DNA of 64,000 nucleotides, from positions 384,001-448,000 of the forward strand of contig CBDCRW010000003.1 in NCBI GenBank assembly GCA_965221125.1, read 5' to 3'. A program made the position numbers and the translations under genes. Shown one piece after another: positions 28,530 to 36,852 of the stretch. Within the stretch, counting starts at the first letter, position 1. The number at the start of each line of letters is the position of its first letter. The notes below the pieces were generated by a model that had not been told where the DNA came from, did no database searches, and saw nothing but the letters and a program-made list of their open reading frames with translations. Source of the stretch: Alphaproteobacteria bacterium (lineage in GTDB: Bacteria; Pseudomonadota; Alphaproteobacteria; UBA828).

Positions 28530-29552
28530 ATGGCCGAAGGAACAGCACGGCGGCGCGCGAGGAAGAAGACCTGGAGCGCGCTGGGCGACGTGACCGGCAA
28601 GCCCAGCGACTACGAAATCGTCACCCACGGCTTGAACCACACGATGGGAGAAACGCCGCTGGAAATGGGGCCGGAGGTCCACGGCAACGTGTGGCTCAAG
28701 AAGTACCGGGACGACATCTCGATCAAGGTCGGGAACTGGGATTCCTTCCGCGATCCGGACCAGGTCACCTACCAGAGCTACGTCAAGGCGCAGGACGTGC
28801 AGGAAGCCTACATCGACGAGCTTCTCGCCTCCTTCACCGCAGAAGATACAAGCGACGGGCGGCTCTCCAACGAGTGCCTGCAGCTCCTGCTTACGGCGAT
28901 GACGCCGTGCCGCTACCTGGGGCACGTGCAGCAGATGCTCTCGGCCTACATCCAGCAGGTCGCACCGTCCTCCTATGTCGCCAACTGCGGGTCGTTCCAG
29001 GTCGCCGACCAGCTTCGCCGCGTGCAGCGCGTCGCCTACCGCACCCGCCAGCTCGGCACCGAACACCCTTCGCACGGCTTCGGCAGCAGCGAACGGGTGG
29101 CCTGGCAGGATGCGCCCGGATGGCAGCCCGTCCGCGAGACCATGGAGACGCTGCTCGTCGTCTACGAGTGGGACGAAGCGCTGGTCGGGTTCAACCTGGT
29201 CGTCCGTCCGGTCTGCGACAACCTGTTCGTCAACCAGCTCTCTCGCGCGGCGCGGCTCGCCGGCGACGAGCTGGACGCCCTGCTGCTGGAGAACCTCTAT
29301 CAGGATTGCGAGCGGCACAACCGCTGGACCGTCGCGGCCATGAACTACATCGTCGACCAGGATGCCGCGAACCGGGATGCCCTGCGCGACTTGGCCGCCA
29401 AGTGGAACGGCCGCGCGGAGGCGATCATCGCGTCGGGCTCGGAGATGATCGCGGCGAACGTCGACGGCCTCTCGGCCCAGGACATCGCCGACGACGTGCT
29501 CGCGCGCTGGGCCGAGCTGAAGTGGCAGGCCGGGCTCAGCGGCGATGCCTGA
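28530..29552 (+). CDS. isoE: Monooxygenase beta subunit (XamoE/IsoE/TmoE-like)
   Basis: KTWS, PSDYEIVT, FRDPD, QVADQLRRVQ, WQPVRE. Confidence 0.88.
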   Translation: MAEGTARRRARKKTWSALGDVTGKPSDYEIVTHGLNHTMGETPLEMGPEVHGNVWLKKYRDDISIKVGNWDSFRDPDQVTYQSYVKAQDVQEAYIDELLASFTAEDTSDGRLSNECLQLLLTAMTPCRYLGHVQQMLSAYIQQVAPSSYVANCGSFQVADQLRRVQRVAYRTRQLGTEHPSHGFGSSERVAWQDAPGWQPVRETMETLLVVYEWDEALVGFNLVVRPVCDNLFVNQLSRAARLAGDELDALLLENLYQDCERHNRWTVAAMNYIVDQDAANRDALRDLAAKWNGRAEAIIASGSEMIAANVDGLSAQDIADDVLARWAELKWQAGLSGDA

Positions 29553-29590
29553 GGGCGCTCCCGGCGGCCGCGCCTCGCGCGCGGCCGCCC

Positions 29591-30769
29591 ATGGCTGAGA
29601 GCGGCACCGCCGATCTCCCCTGGGACGAGCAATCCGAGCGCAACTTCATCGGCGGCGAATGGAGGTTCACGCGCGAAGGCTATTCCTTCGACATCTACGA
29701 TCCCGCCGACAGCACCGTCATCGCCGCCGTCCCGCTCTCCACCCACCGCGATGTCGCCCAGGCAATGGCGGCGGCCCGCGACGCCGTCGGCCCGTGGGCG
29801 GCGTTGCCCGGCGCCCGGCGTGCGGCGGTCGTGGACGGCGCGCTGGCGAGCCTGGCCGAGCGGATCGACAGTGTCGCCGCACTCGCCTGCCGCGATACGG
29901 GGCTGCCGGCGCATGCCGCGCGGGAGGACATCCTGGCGGCGATCCGCGCGGCGCGGGCGCACCTGGCGGGCGGCGCCGGGCAGCCGGAACACGACGCCGC
30001 GCCTGGCGTGATCGGGCAGATCCTGTCGTGGAGCGGCCCGCTCACACTCTGCATCCGGACCCTGGCCCCGGACCTCGCGGCGGGCAACACGGCGGTGGTC
30101 CATCCCTCGATCCAGGCGCCGCTCTCTCTGGTGTTCCTGGCGGACGCGCTGAGCCGTGCCGGCGCGCCGCCCGGCGTCTTCAATCTGGTTCAGGGCACCG
30201 GGGCCGACGCCGGCATGGCGCTGGCCCGCCAGCCCGACCTGAAGCGGCTCGATTTCCAGGGCAGCCGCGAGACGGCGGCCATGGCCGCGCTCTCGCCTGA
30301 GCGGAACGGCATTTCCGTGCATCGCCATCTGCGAACCATCGTCCATCGCCGCATCGACGCCGGCGATGCGCTCGAGCCGGCGGTCCGCGACATCGCCGAC
30401 GCCGCGTTCTGCCACGCGGCGCGTGCGGGCTACGGCGGCCTCCTGGTCGATGTCGCCGCCTCCCGTCTCGGTGAGTTCTCGGACGCGATCGCGGCGGCGT
30501 TCGAGGCCGGCCGATACGTCGAAGGACTGCGCGGCTCGCACACGATCGCGCCCTTCGTTGCCGAGAAATACCGCACCGCCTGCGAGCATCTGAAGAAGGG
30601 CCATCTCGCGGCCGGCGCGGAGCGGCTCTGCACCGCGCCGCAGCCGAGCCCTAGAACCTACCGCATGGGATGGTTCGAGCGGCCCTGCGTGCTCCACGAC
30701 CCCACGCACCGCATCTCCCTCGATCCCGACCTGGCCAACGGACCGCTTGTCCTCGTGCGTAGCGGCTAA
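29591..30769 (+). CDS. Degenerate aldehyde dehydrogenase-fold protein
   Basis: NFIGGEW, LAAGNT, PPGVFNLVQG are present. WNFP, ELGGK and the GQxC catalytic motif are not recognisable, and the protein is short (392 aa). Confidence 0.7.
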   Translation: MAESGTADLPWDEQSERNFIGGEWRFTREGYSFDIYDPADSTVIAAVPLSTHRDVAQAMAAARDAVGPWAALPGARRAAVVDGALASLAERIDSVAALACRDTGLPAHAAREDILAAIRAARAHLAGGAGQPEHDAAPGVIGQILSWSGPLTLCIRTLAPDLAAGNTAVVHPSIQAPLSLVFLADALSRAGAPPGVFNLVQGTGADAGMALARQPDLKRLDFQGSRETAAMAALSPERNGISVHRHLRTIVHRRIDAGDALEPAVRDIADAAFCHAARAGYGGLLVDVAASRLGEFSDAIAAAFEAGRYVEGLRGSHTIAPFVAEKYRTACEHLKKGHLAAGAERLCTAPQPSPRTYRMGWFERPCVLHDPTHRISLDPDLANGPLVLVRSG

Positions 30770-31040
30770 CGCTTCGTCACTGCGGACACGACATCCGCCG
30801 ACGCAGTACTTGGCTGAACGCAGCGATGGCTCGCGAAGGGGCGCAGCACCTCGATCATGCCGAGGCGTACCGGACGGCCCGCCTGGAGATATGATGGACA
30901 AGCCGCTGAGCGCCTTGCCCAAGTCCCCACGGGCGCAACAGCAGCAGCTGGAAGATCGATTCAAAAGGAGCCTGGCGGCCTGAACATCAACCGGAATTCG
31001 CCTTAGCCCGGCCGTCAGAGGGTCAATTTTCCACGCTTAA

Positions 31041-32653
31041 CCCGACCTATTCATGGACTGCCTTGCACTTGATGCTCGGTTGATTGGGCGCGTCGGGGCC
31101 TGACGCGGTTTGGCGTCGGGAACTGAGGATGGTCGTTATCGGGTTGATGGTTTATGGAGCCTGGGTGATTGGGGCACGCCGCCCCGTCGCTCATGGGCCT
31201 GCTGCGGCGAGGCGGCCTGCGAGCAGGCGGAAGAGGGCGGCGTCGGGGCAGGCCGAGGCGAAGTGGATGCGGATGCGGGTGGCCTTCTCGATGACGCGGG
31301 CACCGATCTTGAGGAGGCGCAGCCTGAGGGTTGCAAACTCTGCACGGGCGAGCGGCGCGGCGCGGGGAATGGCGTCGCGCAGCGCGAGCATGAGCCAGTA
31401 GGCTGCGGTGTGGAGGACCAGCCTGAGCTGATTGGCGAGCGGGCTCTGGCAGGAGGTGCGGTCCGAGGCGAGCTGGCCCTTGTGCATCTTGATCAGGTTC
31501 TCGGCCTGGCCGCGGGCGCAGTAGATGTCTTCGTAGAGATGGCGGGGCTCGCCCTTGAGTGAGGTGACGACATAGCGGGCATCGAAGCCGCGGGTGCTCG
31601 CCTCGAGCCGGGCGACGACCCGGCGTTCGCAGCTCCAGGAGCGGGCGGCGTAGTCGAAGGCGGTGAAGCTGCGCATCCTGTCTGCGCCGGCCTTGGCGCG
31701 GCGCACCTTGAGATCGTCGGCCATCTCGTATGCGAGCGCGTGCAGCGCGCGGTTGCCCGCGAGGCCGAAGATGTAGTCGACCCCGTTCTCCTCGCACCAG
31801 GCCATGGCTTCCGGGCGGCCGTAGTGGCTGTCTCCGCGGAAGACGATCCGGGTGTGCGGCCAGTGGCGGCGGATGCGGCGGACCAGATGCTTGATGAGGG
31901 TGCGGACCTCAGGGCCCGACGGCGTCTTGCCCGGGCGCAGGAGGACCGCCACCGGCTTGCCGCTTTCCACATGGTAGACGTGGACGGGCAGGAAGCAGCG
32001 CGTGTCGTAATGAGCGTTGAAGAGCGAGAGCTGCTGGTGGCCGTGCACCGCATCGCAGGTGTCGTCGATGTCAAGGGTTATGGCGGCGGGAGGGGCTTGG
32101 AAGCTGCGGCAGAAGAGATCGACCAGCGCCGCCGTCATGCGCGCCACCTCGATACGAGACGGCGCGTTCTCCAGGCGGCTCATGGTCGGCTGGGAGCAGA
32201 GTGCGCGGCCGCTCTCCGGCGCCTTGCCTGAGGCCAGCTTGAACAGAGGGTCCGCGCGCAGCGCGTCGCAGTCGTCGGCATCTTCGTAGCCACACGCAAT
32301 GGCGAACATGCGGAAGCGCAGCATGGCCGAGAGCGAGTGGATCACCTGCGCCTGCTTGCGCCGGTCGCGGATGCAGCCGGCCAGGGTCTCGGCCAGGCGC
32401 AAGCTGCGTTCCGCCTCACGAAGCAGGACGAGGCCGCCGTCAGACGAGATCAGGCCGCCGTCGAAGGCGGCGCTCACCTTCTTGCGTTGGACGCTTGGCA
32501 GATCGAAGGGAAGAAGACTATCGTCGGTCATGGCGGGCGTGGCATTTTCGTTGTTCGGAGAGGAAGACGCCTCGGCAACGAATTCCTACCCGATGGCAAC
32601 GACTTACGCTACGTCCGCCACCCCAAAACCAGACCTGCCATGAATAATTCGGG
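31041..32653 (-). mobile_element. IS1380-family insertion sequence, intact
   Basis: 16-bp terminal IRs CCCGACCTATTCATGG and CCATGAATAATTCGGG (2 mismatches), flanked by TTAA at 31037-31040 and 32654-32657. Confidence 0.92.
31191..32531 (-). CDS. IS1380-family DDE transposase
   Basis: FDGGLISSDGG, GYEDADD, LDIDDT, RGDS, YCARGQAENLIK. Confidence 0.95.
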   Translation of the reverse strand: MTDDSLLPFDLPSVQRKKVSAAFDGGLISSDGGLVLLREAERSLRLAETLAGCIRDRRKQAQVIHSLSAMLRFRMFAIACGYEDADDCDALRADPLFKLASGKAPESGRALCSQPTMSRLENAPSRIEVARMTAALVDLFCRSFQAPPAAITLDIDDTCDAVHGHQQLSLFNAHYDTRCFLPVHVYHVESGKPVAVLLRPGKTPSGPEVRTLIKHLVRRIRRHWPHTRIVFRGDSHYGRPEAMAWCEENGVDYIFGLAGNRALHALAYEMADDLKVRRAKAGADRMRSFTAFDYAARSWSCERRVVARLEASTRGFDARYVVTSLKGEPRHLYEDIYCARGQAENLIKMHKGQLASDRTSCQSPLANQLRLVLHTAAYWLMLALRDAIPRAAPLARAEFATLRLRLLKIGARVIEKATRIRIHFASACPDAALFRLLAGRLAAAGP

Positions 32654-33094
32654 TTAACAACATCCACGGCACGACCGATCGACCACACCGTTCAAGCGAC
32701 AAGAGCACGCTTCGGAGAGAAATGAAGTGGTACCTAATTTGGTATCTGAAGATTTGGACCGAAGCCGCGCGAGGCGAAAGCTGGAACCATAAGATGCTGT
32801 TATGTAGCAATTAATTTGTTCTTCTTATGGTGCAGGGGATGATGAGAGGCATTGCGCCAAGTACCATGGTGCGGTGCACGACGCACGCCGCCGGGGTCAG
32901 GATGACGCCATGAACCGACCCCATCCCTGCGCGCCCGCCCCCGCATCGCGCACCTGCGCGCAGGAAAAAACGCATCCGTATCCGCGCGCGCGGCCCGCTG
33001 GGCGCGCAAGAGGTTCTCCGCGCCCGCAACTCATTGGGCGAGAACGATATTTAGCGCGGACGCGGCCCGCCGCCTCGGTCCGCTTCGGTTCGAT

Positions 33095-33207
33095 TTATCT
33101 CACCTTGTCTCGGCTTGTCTCACTTTCATCTCGGCTTGTCTCACTTTTGTCTCGGCTTGTCTCACCTGTCTGTCTCGGCTTGTCTCGGCTTATCTCGGCT
33201 TATCTCA
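33095..33207. repeat. Degenerate 10-11-bp periodic repeat tract (TTRTCTC+GGC/ACY), about 11 units
   Basis: RTCTC cores at about 33095, 33105, 33115, 33126, 33136, 33147, 33157, 33170, 33180, 33190, 33200. Confidence 0.85.
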
Positions 33208-33261
33208 GGAAATCGCGCGGCGAGTCACTTGGATAGGAACGTCAGGAACGCCTCACCGGGT

Positions 33262-34167
33262 TCAGCCCAGCCGGTAGAAGCGCACGGCGTTGTCGTGGAA
33301 GAGCGCGCGCTGCTCGGCCGGGGAGAGGTCCGCGACGATGGTCTTGAACGAGGTGTAGACCGCATCGGCGCCGCCGTGCAGCCCGGCCACCGGGAAGTCG
33401 CTCGCGAACATGCAGCGCTCCACCCCGAAGGCGTCGATGGTGTGGCGGATGAAGGGGCGCGTGCTCTCGGTCGTCCAGTCGTGGTCGTAGGCGCCGAGGT
33501 CGGAGATCTTGACCGCGACGTTGGCGGCGCCCGCCAGCGCGCTCATGCCCGCACGCCAGGCCGCGATGGCGTCGTCGTCGCGGTCGGCGGGGCTGCCGGT
33601 GTGATTCAGGATGATCTGCGTGTCGGGGAAGGCCTGCGCGAGGTCCAAGGCATCGCCGAGCTGGCCCGAGTAGATCATCATGTCGAAGGAGAGACCGAAG
33701 CGCCGCAGCAGGCCGAAGCCACGCCGCCAGGCCGCATCCTGCATCAGGTCCGCGCGCTCGGTGAAGCTCCAGGCGGGGTTTTCGTGCCAGCTCAGGATCT
33801 GGCGGATGCCCCGCATGTTGGCGTGGCCGCAATGGGCCTCCAGCACCGCCTCCGCGTCCGCCGCCTCCAGCAGCGCGTTGCCGACGATGCCGTGGGGGAA
33901 GCCGCGCGCGTCGGCGAGGCTCTGCAGCCAGCGGGTCTCGGCGACCGGGTCGTCGAAAAAACTCGCCTGGATGTGGACCGACTTCACCAGGTCGATGCTC
34001 GCCATGTCGGCCAGAAAATCGTCGAGCAGGTAGTCGCGGATGAGCGGCGCGGTGCTGCCGAACACGACCTCGCGCGGGCCGTCGGTGAGCCACGAATAGC
34101 GGCCGGAACTCAGGTCCCAGAGGTGGTGGTGGGCGTCGACGATGGGCCCGTCGTAGAGGCTGCTCAT
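33262..34167 (-). CDS. Amidohydrolase family (Amidohydro_2, lactonase-like)
   Basis: IVDAHHHLWD, RGIRQ, LNHTG, VKISD, FGVERCMFASDFP. Confidence 0.9.
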   Translation of the reverse strand: MSSLYDGPIVDAHHHLWDLSSGRYSWLTDGPREVVFGSTAPLIRDYLLDDFLADMASIDLVKSVHIQASFFDDPVAETRWLQSLADARGFPHGIVGNALLEAADAEAVLEAHCGHANMRGIRQILSWHENPAWSFTERADLMQDAAWRRGFGLLRRFGLSFDMMIYSGQLGDALDLAQAFPDTQIILNHTGSPADRDDDAIAAWRAGMSALAGAANVAVKISDLGAYDHDWTTESTRPFIRHTIDAFGVERCMFASDFPVAGLHGGADAVYTSFKTIVADLSPAEQRALFHDNAVRFYRLG

Positions 34168-34225
34168 GGCCTGCTCCGCTCGCTGTTTGCCGCCTGCGCG
34201 ATGGCCGCACAGCGGCGCGCCCAAG

Positions 34226-34696
34226 TCAAGGCGCCGGCGGCCTGCGCATGAGGATGTGGACGATCTCGTAGCTCAGCACCGGCTCGTCCCGCTGGTTGCG
34301 CACGTCGTAGGCCATGCGCACGTAGCCGCGGTCCGGCTTGGAGCGCGAGGGGCGGGCCTCGGCGACGGTGGCGATCGCGTGGATGGTATCGCCCGGCCGC
34401 GCCGGCCGGTGGAAGCGCACCGCGTCGATGCCCGGCCCGCCGATGCAGGCCTCGTTGATGACGCCGAGCTCGTAGAAAAGGCGGAAGCCGAGCGCCATGG
34501 TCTGAAAGCCGCTCGCGATCAGGCCGCCGTAGGGGCCGGCTGCCGCGCCCTCGGCGTCGACATGGATCGGCTGGGGGTCGAACTGCTCGGCGAAGGCGAC
34601 GATCTCCGCCTCGCCGAGCGGCCATGCGCCGGTGACGAAGCGCTCGCCCTCCTGCAGCTCGCCGAAGTAGCGCGCCGCCTTGCGAGCCTGCGTCAC
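34226..34696 (-). CDS. MaoC-family (hot-dog) dehydratase
   Basis: FDPQPIHVD, GLIASG, PARPGDT; GTG start overlaps the upstream TGA. Confidence 0.88.
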   Translation of the reverse strand: MTQARKAARYFGELQEGERFVTGAWPLGEAEIVAFAEQFDPQPIHVDAEGAAAGPYGGLIASGFQTMALGFRLFYELGVINEACIGGPGIDAVRFHRPARPGDTIHAIATVAEARPSRSKPDRGYVRMAYDVRNQRDEPVLSYEIVHILMRRPPAP

Positions 34697-35850
34697 AGCG
34701 TCGGGTTGTCGATGTCGAGCCCGTAGAGCATTCGCCCGTAGGTCGTGTAGTTCACGTCCTTGTTCTGGGTGAAGTGCTGGTTGGCGACCATCATGTCGGT
34801 GTAGAGGTTGCCGAGCGAGCTTCGGGTGTAGACGCTGGCGGCGCCGGAGAGATCCCAGATGGCGCGCGCGGCGTCCATGGCGACGTTGCCGGTATAGGTC
34901 GCGAGCGCGCGGCAGCGGGCGCGTTCCTCCAGGTTGGGCACGCGGCCCTCCTCGACGACGATCGCGCTGATCTCGTCGGCGGCGAACGTGAGCAGCTGCA
35001 GGGCGCCGTCGACCGCGCACTTCGCCTCGGAGAAGCGGATGTGCTGCGAGGCGAAGGTCGCGACGCCCTTCTCCGCCATGATCGAGCCCTTCTTGCGCGC
35101 GATCTCGTTGTATTCCGCGACCATCTCGAGGGCGATGCCGACCGCGCCGCTGGTGATGCCGCAGCCGAAGATGGGGTAGCTGGGGAGCAGGTAGAGCGGC
35201 GTCTCGCGCCAGTGGCCGCCGGGCGATTCGCCGCCGCGCAGCGCCTCCATGCAGAGCGCGCGGTGCGCGGGCACGAAGAACGCCTCGAGCTGCACGTCGT
35301 TGGTGCCGCTGCCGCGCAGGCCGAGCGCGTGCCAGGTGTCCAGGATCTCGATCTCGTCGCGCCGGATGAGGAAGTGCAGGTGGCTCTCGTGCTCCCCTGC
35401 CCGGCCCTCCTCGTAGCCGGAGACGAGCAACCAGTCGCAGGTGTCCACGCCTGTGACGAAGGGCCAGCGCCCGCTCACCCGGTAGCCGCCGGGGACGCGC
35501 TGGTAGCGGCCGAGGCTCTGGATCAGGATGCCGGCGAGGAGCGCCTTCGGGTCCTCGCCCCAGACCTCGTCCTGCGCCTCCTTCGGCCACTGGGCGACCA
35601 TGAAGGGATGCACGACGTACTGAAGGACCGCCCAGCCGGTGGAGCCGCAGGCGGCGCCGATTTCGGATATCGCGTGGACGATGTTGCGCAGAGGCCCGCC
35701 CTCGCCGCCGTAGGCCGGCGGCTGCAGGATGCGCGCGGCGCCCGACTCACGGACCATCTCCCGGATCTCGGGCAGGACGGCGCGGTTCTCGCGGGTCTCG
35801 TTCCGCCGCGCGCGCAGGGCGGGCAGGAGGGCGTCAAGATCGGCGCGCAT
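34693..35850 (-). CDS. Acyl-CoA-dehydrogenase-fold flavin monooxygenase (HsaA/HpaH-like oxygenase component)
   Basis: QPPAYGG, CGSTGW, SGRWPFVTG, DTWHALGLRGSGT. Start may lie a few codons upstream. Confidence 0.85.
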   Translation of the reverse strand: MRADLDALLPALRARRNETRENRAVLPEIREMVRESGAARILQPPAYGGEGGPLRNIVHAISEIGAACGSTGWAVLQYVVHPFMVAQWPKEAQDEVWGEDPKALLAGILIQSLGRYQRVPGGYRVSGRWPFVTGVDTCDWLLVSGYEEGRAGEHESHLHFLIRRDEIEILDTWHALGLRGSGTNDVQLEAFFVPAHRALCMEALRGGESPGGHWRETPLYLLPSYPIFGCGITSGAVGIALEMVAEYNEIARKKGSIMAEKGVATFASQHIRFSEAKCAVDGALQLLTFAADEISAIVVEEGRVPNLEERARCRALATYTGNVAMDAARAIWDLSGAASVYTRSSLGNLYTDMMVANQHFTQNKDVNYTTYGRMLYGLDIDNPTL

Positions 35851-36052
35851 GGCTCCCTTTCCGTGCTCCGGGACGATGTCGAGGACGGCTCCCCGCTCGC
35901 CGGCGGCTCCGGCGCGCGCCATCATGGCGACGCGAAGCGGAGCGGACAAGGCCGGGTGCCGCGCGTGTGAAGGGGTTCCGCCGCGACGGCGTAAGGCTGT
36001 ACTCTCCCGGCGCGCGGCGGGGGGCCGCGGCCGAGACGAGAGGGAGTGCGGC

Positions 36053-36778
36053 ATGAGCAAGACGGCGATCGTGATCGGCGTGGGCGCGGGCGAGGGACTG
36101 GGCGCGGCGGTCTGCCGCATGGCGGCGCGCGAAGGGCTGCACGTCTTCGTCGGCGGGCGCACGCAGGCCAAGGTGGATGCGGTCGCGGCCGCGATCGGGG
36201 CGGCGGGCGGCAACGCCACGGCGCTGGTCGCGGACACCACGGACGAAGCCTCGGTCGCCGCCTTCGTCGATGCGGCGGAGGCGCAAGGGCCAATCGACCT
36301 CGCCGTCTTCAACGCCGGCAACAACATGCCGGGCAACCCGCTGGAGATGGAGGCCGAATACTTCGAGACCTGCTGGCGCATCGGCTGCTTCGGCGGCTTC
36401 CTGTTCAGCCGCGAGGCGCTGCGCCGCATGGTGCCGCGCGGCGAGGGCACGCTGCTGCTCACAGGTGCCAGCGCATCGATGCGGGGCAAGCCCAACTTCG
36501 CCGCGTTCACCGCCGCCAAGGCGGGGCTCCGCGCGCTCGGCCAGAGCCTCGCGCGGGAGTTCGGCCCGCAGGGGATCCACGTGGCGCACGTGGTGGTGGA
36601 CGGCGGCATCGGCGGCGAGCGGCTGAAGACCCGCGCGCCCGAGTTCGCCGCGCGGATGGGCGAGGACGGGCTGATCGGCCTCGACGGGCTCGCGGAGTCC
36701 TACCGCTTCCTCTACCGCCAGCCGCGCAACGCCTGGACGCAGGAGCTCGACCTGCGCACCCACAAGGAAGTGTACTGA
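36053..36778 (+). CDS. SDR oxidoreductase
   Basis: GVGAGEGLG, FNAG, TGASAS, REFGPQGIHVAHVVVDG, WTQELDLR. Confidence 0.9.
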   Translation: MSKTAIVIGVGAGEGLGAAVCRMAAREGLHVFVGGRTQAKVDAVAAAIGAAGGNATALVADTTDEASVAAFVDAAEAQGPIDLAVFNAGNNMPGNPLEMEAEYFETCWRIGCFGGFLFSREALRRMVPRGEGTLLLTGASASMRGKPNFAAFTAAKAGLRALGQSLAREFGPQGIHVAHVVVDGGIGGERLKTRAPEFAARMGEDGLIGLDGLAESYRFLYRQPRNAWTQELDLRTHKEVY

Positions 36779-36852
36779 GGGCGCGGCCGGCGCTCGCAGC
36801 TGCCGCAGCGCCGGCGATTGACATGCCGGCCCAAACGCCGCTTTCTGCCGCC

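Noticed and set aside
28691-30769. 692-aa ORF suggesting a beta subunit-ALDH fusion or hidden reductase domain
   Set aside because: The upstream part is an off-frame overlap of the beta subunit gene and shows no 2Fe-2S or FAD/NAD reductase motifs.
33095-33207. Possible CRISPR array
   Set aside because: Units are about 10 bp with no unique spacers, and there are no cas genes in the window.
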